The translations under genes were made by a program, and so were the position numbers. A DNA stretch of 24,000 bases from Lautropia mirabilis. Its GTDB lineage: Bacteria > Pseudomonadota > Gammaproteobacteria > Burkholderiales > Burkholderiaceae_E. Shown here piece by piece: positions 8,688-17,434 of this stretch. Positions within the stretch are counted from its first letter, which is position 1; each line of letters opens with the position of its first letter. Location: the NCBI RefSeq assembly GCF_900637555.1, contig NZ_LR134378.1, forward strand, positions 3,050,784-3,074,783, read 5' to 3'. Under the pieces are notes generated by a model. The model did not search any database. It was not told the origin of the DNA and saw only the letters and a list, made by a program, of their open reading frames with translations.

Positions 8688-9674
8688 ATGGATTCTCCTG
8701 CTGCTGCGCCCCAGGCGCCGGCAAATGCCCCTTCTGCCTTTCCCCTGAAGCCCATCCTGTGGTTGCTGGGCTCGATGACGTCGCTGGCGCTGGGCACCTC
8801 GCTGGCCAAGCAGATCTTCCCCATCGTGGGCGCGCAGGGCACCACGGCACTGCGGCTGCTGTTCTCGGCCCTGGTGCTGATCCTGTTCGGACGCCCGTGG
8901 CGGCACCGCATGCCACGCCATGACTGGTGGGTGGTGGCGCGTTACGGCATGACGCTGGGCATGATGAACATGCTCTTCTACCTGGCGCTGGAAACGATTC
9001 CGTTCGGCATTGCGGTGGCCATCGAGTTCTGCGGACCGCTGTCGGTGGCGCTGTTTGCATCGCGCCGGCCCATCGACTTCGTCTGGATCGGCTGCACGGT
9101 GGCGGGTCTGCTGATGCTGCTGCCCATCTGGCATGGTGGCGGCGATGCAGCTGCGGCCCAGGCCGTGATCGAAGGCGCGGCCGGTGCCCACGCCGTGGCC
9201 GAAGGCGCGCAGGGCGTGGTGCCCGGCGTGGCCTCGGCCAGCCTGGATCCACTGGGCATGCTGTACGCGGCCGGAGCAGCGGTGTGCTGGGCGGGCTACA
9301 TCATCTTTGGCAAGAAGACGCAGCACCTGCACGCCGGCACGACGGTGGCGCTGGGGGTCAGCATCGGCGCGCTGATGATGTTCCCCATCGGCGTGGTGCA
9401 TGCCGGCACAGCGCTGTTTGAGCCAAAGGTGCTGCTGATCGGACTGGGGGCGGCCGTCGTGTCCAGCGCCATTCCGATGTTCCTGGAGATGAAGGCGCTG
9501 CGCGGGCTGCAGGCCGGCACCTACGGAGTGATGACGAGTCTGGAGCCGGCGCTGACCTCCGTGGTGGCCATGCTGGTGCTGGGCGAGCTGCTGACGCTGA
9601 CGCAGTGGTGCGCCATCGCGCTGACGGTGACGGCCGCCATGGGCAGTGCACTGACCTCGCAGCGTGGCGGATAG
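8688..9674 (+). CDS. rhtA: RhtA-like threonine/homoserine exporter (EamA/DMT family)
   Basis: Strong recalled similarity to E. coli RhtA: SLAKQIFPIVGAQGTTALRLLF, MNMLFYLALETIPFGIAVAIEFCGPLSVALFASRRPIDFVWI, SAIPMFLEMKALRGL, SLEPALTSV. Start placed at ATG 8688 (MDSPAAAP...). The upstream part of the 466-aa track ORF overlaps the tRNA region and is not credible. Confidence 0.85.
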   Translation: MDSPAAAPQAPANAPSAFPLKPILWLLGSMTSLALGTSLAKQIFPIVGAQGTTALRLLFSALVLILFGRPWRHRMPRHDWWVVARYGMTLGMMNMLFYLALETIPFGIAVAIEFCGPLSVALFASRRPIDFVWIGCTVAGLLMLLPIWHGGGDAAAAQAVIEGAAGAHAVAEGAQGVVPGVASASLDPLGMLYAAGAAVCWAGYIIFGKKTQHLHAGTTVALGVSIGALMMFPIGVVHAGTALFEPKVLLIGLGAAVVSSAIPMFLEMKALRGLQAGTYGVMTSLEPALTSVVAMLVLGELLTLTQWCAIALTVTAAMGSALTSQRGG

Positions 9675-9706
9675 AATGCGGAAAAGTCTGCATCCCTCCC
9701 CCACGC

Positions 9707-11569
9707 ATGAAATCCTTCTTCCATTGGTTCGAAAGCCGGATCGACCCGTATCCGGATGAAACACGACTGATCACCGAACGAAGCCTGTGGCGCTTCGTGC
9801 TCTCTTCGCTGCAGGGCGTGCGGCGCTGGCTGGTGCTGCTGTTCCTGACAGTGGCGGGCATCGGCGTGCTGGAGGCGCTGCTGTTCCAGTGGATGGGCTT
9901 CGTGGTGGACTGGATCGGCCGCTACACGCCCGAGACGCTGTGGGCCGAAAAAGGCAGCACGCTGACGATCATGGGCGTGGTGCTGGTACTGAGCCCGCTG
10001 CTGGTGCTGCTGTCATCATCGCTGCGCTTCCAGTCGCTGCAGGGCGTGCTGCCGATGCGGCTGCGCTGGCGCTTTCACCGACTGATGCTGGCCCAGAGCC
10101 TGAGCTTCTATCAGGACGAGTTCGCCGGTCGCGTGTCGGCCAAGGTGATGCAGACGGCGCTGGCGGTACGCGAGGTGGTGATGACCTTCGCCGACATGGC
10201 CACCTACATCGTCGTCTATTTCCTGACGAGCTCGGTGGTGCTGTGGAAGTTCGATGCCTGGCTGCTGCTGCCGTTCGTGACATGGATCGTGCTGTTTGCC
10301 GCCACGATGGTCTGGACGGTGCCCAAGCTGGGCAAGCTGGCGGCGGCGCAGGCCGATGCCCGCGCGCTGATGACCGGCCGCATCACGGATGCCTACAGCA
10401 ACATCGCCACGGTCAAGCTCTTCTCGCACAGCGACCGCGAATCCAGCTACGCACGCTCGGCCATGGAAGACTTCATGGTCACGGTGCATGCCCAGATGCG
10501 CTGGGTGACGACGCTGGAAGTCGTGTCGCAGACGGTGAACATGCTGCTGACCGGCGGCACGGCTGCCATCGGCCTGTGGCTCTGGCACCATGGCAAGGCC
10601 AGTCCGGGCGCGGTGGCTGCTGCCACGGCCATGGCACTGCGCATCAACGGGCTGTCGCAATGGATCATGTGGCAGTCGGCCTCGCTCTTCGAGAACATCG
10701 GCACCATTCGCGACGGCATCAATACGCTGACCCGGCCGCACACGGTGCTGGACAAGCCCAACGCCGTGCCGCTGGTGGTGAAGCAGGGGGGCATCCGCTT
10801 CGAGCATGTGGACTTCTCGTACAGCGAGAACGCGCGGCGCGAGCATCGGCCGGTGCTGGAGGACTTCTGCCTGGACATCCGCCCCGGCGAGAAGATCGGC
10901 CTGGTGGGACGCTCCGGCGCGGGCAAGTCCACCATCGTGAACCTGCTGCTGCGCTTCTATGACGTGCAGAAAGGGGCCATCACCATCGACGGCCAGAACA
11001 TTGCCGACGTGACGCAGAATTCGCTGCGGGCGCAGATCGGCATGGTGACACAGGACACGTCGCTGCTGCACCGCACGGTGCGCGACAACATCCTGTATGG
11101 CCGTCCGGATGCCACCGACGCAGAGATGCTGGACGCCGCCCGGCGCGCGCAGGCCGATGCCTTCATTGCGGCGCTGGAAGATCCGCAGGGGCACACGGGC
11201 TTTGACGTGCAGGTGGGCGAACGTGGCGTGAAGCTCTCGGGTGGGCAGCGCCAGCGCATTGCCATTGCCCGGGTGATGCTGAAGAACGCGCCGATCCTGC
11301 TGCTGGACGAAGCCACCAGTGCGCTGGACTCCGAGGTGGAAGTGGCCATTCAGGACAGCCTGAACGAGCTGATGAAGGGCAAGACGGTGATCGCCATTGC
11401 GCACCGGCTCTCGACGATCGCGGCCATGGACCGGCTGGTGGTGCTGGACAAGGGCCGCATCGTGGAAGAAGGCACGCACGCCGAGCTGCTGGCCCGCGAC
11501 GGGCTGTACGCACGGCTGTGGGCGCACCAGAGCGGCGGTTTCCTGGCCGAGCAGGTGCCCAACGAGTGA
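9707..11569 (+). CDS. ABCB-type exporter, fused permease/ATP-binding protein (MsbA-like fold; substrate unknown)
   Basis: N-terminus MKSFFHWFESRIDPYPDE, six-TM region, Walker A GRSGAGKST, signature LSGGQRQRIAIARV, Walker B ILLLDEATSALD, H-loop IAIAHRL. Confidence 0.9.
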   Translation: MKSFFHWFESRIDPYPDETRLITERSLWRFVLSSLQGVRRWLVLLFLTVAGIGVLEALLFQWMGFVVDWIGRYTPETLWAEKGSTLTIMGVVLVLSPLLVLLSSSLRFQSLQGVLPMRLRWRFHRLMLAQSLSFYQDEFAGRVSAKVMQTALAVREVVMTFADMATYIVVYFLTSSVVLWKFDAWLLLPFVTWIVLFAATMVWTVPKLGKLAAAQADARALMTGRITDAYSNIATVKLFSHSDRESSYARSAMEDFMVTVHAQMRWVTTLEVVSQTVNMLLTGGTAAIGLWLWHHGKASPGAVAAATAMALRINGLSQWIMWQSASLFENIGTIRDGINTLTRPHTVLDKPNAVPLVVKQGGIRFEHVDFSYSENARREHRPVLEDFCLDIRPGEKIGLVGRSGAGKSTIVNLLLRFYDVQKGAITIDGQNIADVTQNSLRAQIGMVTQDTSLLHRTVRDNILYGRPDATDAEMLDAARRAQADAFIAALEDPQGHTGFDVQVGERGVKLSGGQRQRIAIARVMLKNAPILLLDEATSALDSEVEVAIQDSLNELMKGKTVIAIAHRLSTIAAMDRLVVLDKGRIVEEGTHAELLARDGLYARLWAHQSGGFLAEQVPNE

Positions 11570-11697
11570 GGTGACAGACCGAAAGGTGGGATGCAGCCGC
11601 CGAACGGCGGGTGGCGCCCCTCCCGGAAGGGCCCTGAAGGCCGGCTCCCCCGACGTCTCGCTCTACAATACGCGCCCCGTTTCAACCCCCGTATTTC

Positions 11698-12372
11698 ATG
11701 AGCGAACACGCCAACCACGCGACCGGCCATGGCCATGCCACGCCGGCGCATTCCGACGCCACACTCTCTCCGGCCACGCAGGCCATCAACGTGCGCCTTC
11801 GGCCGCTGCCGGGGCTGATCTTTGCCAGCCGCTGGTTGCAGCTGCCCCTGTACCTGGGGCTGATCGTGGCCCAGGCGGTCTATGTGCAGCACTTCCTGCT
11901 GGAGCTGTAGCACCTGGTGGAGGCGGCCTTCGGCAACCAGCACGCGCTGCAGGCGCTGGTCGAGAGCATCGGCTACCGCTCGGACAAGCCGGTGACCTCG
12001 CTGGACGAGACGGTGATCATGCTGGTGGTGCTGGCGCTGATCGACGTGGTGATGATCTCGAACCTGCTGATCATGGTGATCGTGGGCGGCTTCGAGACCT
12101 TCGTGAGCCGGATGGACCTGCAGGGCCACCCCGACCAGCCGGAATGGCTGAGCCACGTCAACGCCTCGGTGCTGAAGGTGAAGCTGGCGATGTCGATCAT
12201 CGGCATCAGCTCCATCCACCTGCTGAAGACCTTCATCAACGCCGACAACTACACCGACCGCACGCTGATTGCGCAGACGGCCATTCACCTGACCTTCCTG
12301 CTGTCGGCCATGGCCATTGCCTATACCGACAAGCTGATGTCGTCGGCGTACAAGCAGGACGGGCATCACTGA
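11698..12372 (+). pseudogene. yqhA: YqhA/UPF0114-family membrane protein interrupted by one in-frame TAG (11908-11910)
   Basis: Track ORFs 11698..11910 and 11917..12372 share one frame (219 nt apart). Joined they align colinearly with E. coli YqhA: ASRWLQLPLYLGL..., [51 protein letters not shown]. The TAG sits where YqhA has a hydrophobic residue (FFQEIIHVL versus HFLLEL*HLV). Confidence 0.8.
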
Positions 12373-12431
12373 ATCTCCCTTCGGGGGTCATTCGCGTCCC
12401 GTCTCTTTCCTTCCCGGCCGCCCAGGGGGCA

Positions 12432-12454
12432 CCGCTGCCGATGGACGGCAGCGG
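12432..12454 (+). terminator. GC-rich hairpin downstream of yqhA (possible terminator, no U-tract)
   Basis: CCGCTGCCG-ATGGA-CGGCAGCGG, a perfect 9-bp stem. The following sequence is not T-rich. Confidence 0.3.
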
Positions 12455-12532
12455 CTCCCCGGGCGGCCTTTCCATGTCCCGACCGTTTTACGGACACCCG
12501 GCACGAACCGGGCGACCGGACGGAGCAGAGCA

Positions 12533-12579
12533 TGTCATGGACTCATCGCTCCCACGCGGGGATGCCTGAGTCCATGACA
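12533..12579 (+). promoter_or_regulatory. 13-bp perfect inverted repeat in the leader of the permease-thiS-thiG unit
   Basis: TGTCATGGACTCA (12533-12545) and TGAGTCCATGACA (12567-12579) separated by 21 nt, 42 nt upstream of the permease ATG. Confidence 0.35.
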
Positions 12580-12620
12580 CGCACCAGGGATCCACTTCTC
12601 CCCTTCGGGGATTTTTCATC

Positions 12621-13850
12621 ATGTCATCCAACCCTATTGAATCAGCGGCCGTACCGACGGCCAAACGTTTTCCTGCCTGGAAACCCCTGCTCTTTCTGGC
12701 CATTCTGTGCGTGGGCCTGTACTGGGTGAAGTGGGACCCGTACTACCACAAGGCCTTCGTGGCCATCGAGAAGCACGACATTGGCAAGTCGATTCTGGCC
12801 GACAGCTACGACAGCCCGTGGCAGGCGATGTGGCAGTACGCGCAGGTGTATTTTCTGGCGATCTGGAAGGCGGCGGTGCTGGGCATCGTGCTGGGTTCGC
12901 TGGTGCAGATTCTGCTGCCGCCGGACTGGATCGTGCGGTTTCTGGGGCGCTCGCGCCTGGGCAGCCATCTGGTGGCCACGCTGGCAGCGCTGCCGGGCAT
13001 GATGTGCACCTGCTGTGCGGCCCCCGTCGCCGTGGGACTGTACCGGGCGCGGGCGTCGGCCAGCGCCAGCGTGACGTACTGGGTGGCCAACCCGGTGCTG
13101 AATCCGGCCACGCTGGTATTCATGTACTTCGTGCTGGGTGGTGGATTCACGCTGCTGCGGGTGGTGTTCGGGGTGGTGCTGGTGTTCGGCGCGGCCTGGC
13201 TGGTGGGACGGCTGGCGGAGCGTCGTGAGGTTTCCGGAGGCCGGGATACGGCCCTGCCGGGCGATACGACAGTTCGGGGCAGCGCAAACGGAGCCGCTGG
13301 CCTGGCCGCAGGTTCGGTGACTGAATCGAACGCTGCGCTGGATCGGACCGGCGCTACCGCCCTGCCCCGGGTGGCGGCAAACACGGGCGGCGTGTCGGTG
13401 AACACGACGCTGGCAGCGGCACAGGCGGCAGCAGATGCCGAGGCGCGCAAACCCTTCCTGCAACGCTGGCTGCCGGCGCTGTGGCAGCTGTTCCTGTCGA
13501 CGGTGCCGGTGTATGTGATCACGGTGCTGGCGCTGAGTCTGGCCCGGGTGTGGCTGTTCCCGCATGTGGACGGGGCGCTGGGCGATGGTGTGCTGTGGAT
13601 CGTCTTCTTTGCGGTGGTGGGAACGCTGTTCGTGATTCCGACGGCGGCCGAGATTCCCATCGTGCAGGGGATGCTGGCACTGGGGCTGGGCACCGGATCG
13701 GCCGGGGCGCTGCTGCTGACGCTGCCCTCGGTGAGCCTGCCGTCGCTGCTGATGATGCGTGACGTGCTGGGCACGCGGCTGCTGTGGACGGTGGCCGGCT
13801 GGGTGGCCCTGGTTGGTGTGCTGGCCGGGCTTGTTGCATACTGGGTCTGA
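12621..13850 (+). CDS. UPF0718/COG0701 (ArsP_1-type) predicted permease
   Basis: Multi-TM protein with the family-typical Cys-rich motif LPGMMCTCCAAPV. It has two hydrophobic halves separated by a roughly 80-aa Ala/Gly/Thr-rich loop. Confidence 0.8.
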   Translation: MSSNPIESAAVPTAKRFPAWKPLLFLAILCVGLYWVKWDPYYHKAFVAIEKHDIGKSILADSYDSPWQAMWQYAQVYFLAIWKAAVLGIVLGSLVQILLPPDWIVRFLGRSRLGSHLVATLAALPGMMCTCCAAPVAVGLYRARASASASVTYWVANPVLNPATLVFMYFVLGGGFTLLRVVFGVVLVFGAAWLVGRLAERREVSGGRDTALPGDTTVRGSANGAAGLAAGSVTESNAALDRTGATALPRVAANTGGVSVNTTLAAAQAAADAEARKPFLQRWLPALWQLFLSTVPVYVITVLALSLARVWLFPHVDGALGDGVLWIVFFAVVGTLFVIPTAAEIPIVQGMLALGLGTGSAGALLLTLPSVSLPSLLMMRDVLGTRLLWTVAGWVALVGVLAGLVAYWV

Positions 13851-13888
13851 CGACGGGCCAGCGGTAACTGGCATGAGGAAAGATCGAG

Positions 13889-14086
13889 ATGGACATCATC
13901 CTGAATGGTGAGACACACCGGACGGCGGCAGCCACGCTGGCCGAGCTGGTGACGGAACTGGGCTATGCGGGCAAGCGCATTGCCATCGAACGCAACGGCG
14001 AGATCGTGCCGAAGTCACAGCACGGCGCCACGGCGCTGGCAGCTGGCGACCGGCTGGAGATCGTGGTGGCGGTGGGGGGCGGCTAA
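13889..14086 (+). CDS. thiS: Sulfur-carrier protein ThiS
   Basis: 65 aa: MDIILNGETHRTAAATLAELVTELGYAGKRIAIERNGEIVPKSQHGATALAAGDRLEIVVAVGGG, with the C-terminal GG. GAGGAAAG Shine-Dalgarno upstream. Confidence 0.9.
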   Translation: MDIILNGETHRTAAATLAELVTELGYAGKRIAIERNGEIVPKSQHGATALAAGDRLEIVVAVGGG

Positions 14087-14444
14087 CGCAGTCGGGACAT
14101 TATTATTCGCCGGTACGGGGCGCGTCCATGGCATTACGCGTCCCTGTGTCGGCCCCTGCCGTGTGCTGACGGGGCGCCGGGCAGCAGCATCCGCCGGCAT
14201 GAGGGCATGCACCGGGCGCATGTCATGCATGGTCCGGGACATGCACGGGCGCCGGGGCGGGTACCATTCATGATCTGGATGGATCGGCCGATGCCGGCAC
14301 GCCGTCATGGCCCTTGGACCATGGAAGTCCCTGACCCGCGGAAGCCCCTGGACCACGGAGAGCCCGGACTCGCGGAAAACCCATGATGCACCACGGGCGT
14401 CCGGTTCACCATCCCTCCCTCAAACACGCTTTGGAGAATCTGGC

Positions 14445-15254
14445 ATGAACGACACGGTTGCCCCTGATCCCCTGGTCATCGGTTCCCGCACCTTTTCATC
14501 GCGGCTTCTGGTGGGTACCGGCAAGTATGTCGATTTCCAGCAGACGCGCGAGGCCATCGACGCCAGTGGCGCCGAGATCGTCACCGTGGCCATCCGGCGC
14601 ACCAACATCGGCCAGCATGCCGGGCAGCCCAGCCTGCTGGACGCGGTGCCGCCCGACCGTTTCACCATCCTGCCCAACACGGCCGGCTGCTACACGGCCG
14701 AGGACGCCGTGCGCACGCTGCGGCTGGCCCGCGAGCTGCTGGACGGCCACACGCTGGTGAAGCTGGAGGTGCTGGGCAACGAGCAGAACCTGTTTCCGAA
14801 CATGCCCGAGACACTGGCCGCGGCGCGCACGCTGGTCAAGGAAGGCTTCGAGGTGATGGTGTACTGCAGTGACGACCCCATCCAGGCGAAGATGCTGGAA
14901 GACATCGGCTGCGTGGCGATCATGCCGCTGGCCTCGCTGATCGGCTCGGGCATGGGCATTCTCAATCCCTGGAACCTGAAGCTGATCCTGGAACAGGCCC
15001 AGGTGCCGGTGATCGTCGATGCCGGCGTGGGCACGGCGTCGGACGCCACGGTGGCCATGGAACTGGGCTGCGCGGCGGTGCTGATGAACACGGCCATTGC
15101 CAAGGCGCAGGATCCCGTCATGATGGCGCGGGCGATGAAAGCCGGCGTGGAAGCGGGCCGCCTGGCCCGGCTGGCTGGCCGGATGCCGCGCAAGTATTAT
15201 GCGGCCACGCCGTCTTCGCCCACGGAAGGACTGCTGCCCAGCGTGGCACGCTGA
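14445..15254 (+). CDS. thiG: Thiazole synthase ThiG
   Basis: [28 protein letters not shown]..., [41 protein letters not shown] 14445 follows GGAGAA. The track start at 14307 is rejected as an upstream extension with no homology. Confidence 0.95.
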   Translation: MNDTVAPDPLVIGSRTFSSRLLVGTGKYVDFQQTREAIDASGAEIVTVAIRRTNIGQHAGQPSLLDAVPPDRFTILPNTAGCYTAEDAVRTLRLARELLDGHTLVKLEVLGNEQNLFPNMPETLAAARTLVKEGFEVMVYCSDDPIQAKMLEDIGCVAIMPLASLIGSGMGILNPWNLKLILEQAQVPVIVDAGVGTASDATVAMELGCAAVLMNTAIAKAQDPVMMARAMKAGVEAGRLARLAGRMPRKYYAATPSSPTEGLLPSVAR

Positions 15255-15265
15255 GCGCCCACCGC

Positions 15266-15292
15266 GGGGGCCTGCGGGCCCCCCTCCTTTCC
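15266..15292 (+). terminator. Possible terminator after thiG
   Basis: GGGGGCC-TGCG-GGCCCCC followed by CTCCTTTCC, a weak T-tract. Confidence 0.35.
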
Positions 15293-15350
15293 GTGACCCT
15301 CCCTGCTTTCGCCATTCCCGCGCTTTGCACTCGCTGCGCCGTCGTCATCG

Positions 15351-16100
15351 ATGAGTTCCCTGCCCACCGATCCCGCCACTGTTCCCTCTACCCCCCCTGC
15401 CACTCCTGACACCGACGCGCCGCACCGGCGCGGCATCCGCAGCTATGTGCTGCGCCGCTCGCACTTCTCGGCTGCCCAGCGCGATGCCTGGGAACGGCTG
15501 ATGCCGGTGTTCGGCCTGCCCTACCGCGAGCAGGCCCTGGACTACCCGCAGGCGTTCGGCCGGCAGGCGCCCGTGGTGCTGGAAATCGGCTTCGGCATGG
15601 GCGACACCACGGCCGAGATTGCTGCCAACGCACCGGACATCGATTTCATCGCCATCGACGTGCACACGCCCGGCGTGGGGGCGCTCCTGAAGCTCATCGA
15701 GCAGAAGGAACTGTCCAACCTGCGGGTCATCGAGCATGACGCCCAGGAAGTGCTGCGGCAGATGATCGCCCCCGGGTCGCTGGCGGGCATCCATGTGTTC
15801 TTCCCTGATCCGTGGCCCAAGGCGCGGCACCACAAGCGCCGACTGATCCAGACGCCCTTCGTGCACGAGCTGGTGGCGGCGCTGCAGCCCGGCGGCTACC
15901 TGCACCTGGCCACCGACTGGCAGGATTATGCGGACCAGATGGAGGAGGTGCTGGCGGAGATTCCGGCGCTGGTGGCCGAGCCGGTGCGGCCGTTTGAAAC
16001 AGCCTCCCTGCCCTGCCCGCGCCCATCCACCCGCTTCGAGCGGCGCGGCGAACGACTGGGGCACGGGATCACCGACCTGATCCGCTACAAGCAGGCGTGA
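15351..16100 (+). CDS. trmB: tRNA (guanine46-N7)-methyltransferase
   Basis: [10 protein letters not shown] (SAM-binding motif), [27 protein letters not shown]. Classical TrmB sequence. Confidence 0.93.
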   Translation: MSSLPTDPATVPSTPPATPDTDAPHRRGIRSYVLRRSHFSAAQRDAWERLMPVFGLPYREQALDYPQAFGRQAPVVLEIGFGMGDTTAEIAANAPDIDFIAIDVHTPGVGALLKLIEQKELSNLRVIEHDAQEVLRQMIAPGSLAGIHVFFPDPWPKARHHKRRLIQTPFVHELVAALQPGGYLHLATDWQDYADQMEEVLAEIPALVAEPVRPFETASLPCPRPSTRFERRGERLGHGITDLIRYKQA

Positions 16101-17107
16101 TGCGGCACGACCGGCCCATGCCCAGCACTCCCCACGCATCGTCCGCCCCTGCCTCGCAGCTGCCGCCCGTGCCACCGCTGCCCGACCTGAAGGGCCACCG
16201 CTTTGCCCTGACCGGGGCGGCCGGCTTTCTGGGGCGGCACGTCATCCGGCTGCTGCACCGCCAGGGAGCACGAATCATTGCGCTGCGCCGGGCCGAGAGC
16301 CGGCCACTGCCGGACGCAACGGTACAGGAAGCGATCATCGACCTGAATGATGAAGCCGCCTGCGCCCAGACGCTGCACGATCTGAGGCCGGACCACGTCA
16401 TTCACCTGGCCGGCTATGCCAATACGGATCGCTCGGTGGCCTCGATTGTCCAGGCGCTGCAGGTGAACCTGGTGGGCAGCATCAATCTGGTGCTGGGGGC
16501 GATGGACCGGGTGCCTGATTGCCGCGTGGTGGTGGCGGGCTCGATGGAAGCGGCCAATCCGTGGCAGGGCCCGCTGGCGCTGGGGTCGCCCTACGGGATG
16601 AGCAAGGCGATGGTGGAGGTGCTGACCGGTAGCCTGAACCGGCTCTATGGCACCAATGTGCTGAACATGCGCATCGGCATGGCCTATGGCGAGGACGACC
16701 CGAACCACCGGCGGCTGGTGCCTTCGGTGATCCTGTCGCTCCTGCAGGGACATGCGCCGGCCATTGGCAATCCGGGCCGGCTGTGCGACTGGATCCACGC
16801 CGAGGACGTGGCCGAGGCGCTGATTCGCGGCGCCCTGCTGCCCCGAGCCGAACCGGCCAGCATCGATGTGGGCAACGGCCGGCTGGGCAGCATCGCGGAC
16901 GTGGTGGCCATCATCCAGCGGCTGCTGGGTACCGAACTGCCGTTGCAGCCGGTGGAACGGCTGCAACGCAGCAACGAGCAGGCCCGGTGTGCCGACCTGC
17001 CGGCGATGACGGCGGCCCTGGGGGGCTGGCGTCCCCGCATCAGCCTGGAGGAAGGTCTGGCCCGCGCCGTGGCGGGCTACCGCCAGGAGCTGGCCGAGGC
17101 GCGGTGA
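16097..17107 (+). CDS. NAD-dependent epimerase/dehydratase (extended SDR) family protein
   Basis: Rossmann motif [12 protein letters not shown] and catalytic SPYGMSK (YxxxK). GTG 16097 overlaps the trmB stop (GTGA). ATG 16100 or 16118 are alternative starts. Confidence 0.85.
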   Translation: MMRHDRPMPSTPHASSAPASQLPPVPPLPDLKGHRFALTGAAGFLGRHVIRLLHRQGARIIALRRAESRPLPDATVQEAIIDLNDEAACAQTLHDLRPDHVIHLAGYANTDRSVASIVQALQVNLVGSINLVLGAMDRVPDCRVVVAGSMEAANPWQGPLALGSPYGMSKAMVEVLTGSLNRLYGTNVLNMRIGMAYGEDDPNHRRLVPSVILSLLQGHAPAIGNPGRLCDWIHAEDVAEALIRGALLPRAEPASIDVGNGRLGSIADVVAIIQRLLGTELPLQPVERLQRSNEQARCADLPAMTAALGGWRPRISLEEGLARAVAGYRQELAEAR

Positions 17108-17154
17108 CGCCATGCCGGGCGGGACGGCGCCATGCCGCCCGCACCCGGAACCGG

Positions 17155-17176
17155 ACGCCGCGCGCTCGCGCGGCGT
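17155..17176. other. GC-rich perfect palindrome between convergent genes
   Basis: ACGCCGCGCG-CT-CGCGCGGCGT. No U-tract on either strand. It lies 7 nt from the stop codon of the glutaredoxin remnant. Confidence 0.4.
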
Positions 17177-17183
17177 TCAGGCA

Positions 17184-17223
17184 TCAGCCCTTGAAGTAGG
17201 CTTCCAGATCGTCGCTGCCGCCG
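17184..17223. repeat. Left copy of the imperfect direct repeat bounding the islet
   Basis: The 34-nt core at 17190-17223 (cttgaagtaggcttccagatcgtcgctgccgccg) matches 20498-20531 at 32/34. tcagcc (stop plus Gly codon) is also shared. The right copy has an extra 6 nt (ctgcac). Confidence 0.85.
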
Positions 17224-17225
17224 GC
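17184..17225 (-). pseudogene. Orphan duplicate of the 3' end (last 13 codons plus stop) of the peroxiredoxin-glutaredoxin gene
   Basis: Minus strand encodes [13 protein letters not shown], compared with [15 protein letters not shown] at the end of the intact gene (20486..). No glutaredoxin homology upstream of it. Confidence 0.75.
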
Positions 17226-17434
17226 TGGCTCGCGCTCAGAGAAGAATGTTTGAGAGAAACCGGTCAGCAGCAGGCCAGAACCGGGCACGAACCTGTACGA
17301 ACACTTCCCTGCCAGCAACAAGAGCCCCCAGACCCCGGGGGAATCAGTTATCTCGGACCTCAGATGGACCAAGACGCCCGGGAAATCAAACCATTTTCTG
17401 TACACTGGCGACACCTTGACAAACCTTGAAAGCA

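Noticed and set aside
7709-8911. 400-aa minus-strand ORF and the 466-aa plus-strand ORF start (8274), both spanning the tRNA-Gly region.
   Set aside because: Both run across the tRNA gene and have non-protein-like composition. Only the 8688..9674 part of the plus ORF has homology (RhtA).
12540-12600. Possible TPP (THI-box) riboswitch upstream of the permease/thiS/thiG genes, because of GGGGATGCCTGAG.
   Set aside because: The conserved pyrimidine-sensing and pyrophosphate-sensing helices (CUGAGA...ACCUGAUCUGGAUAAUGCCAGCG) are absent. Only a covariance-model scan could overturn this.
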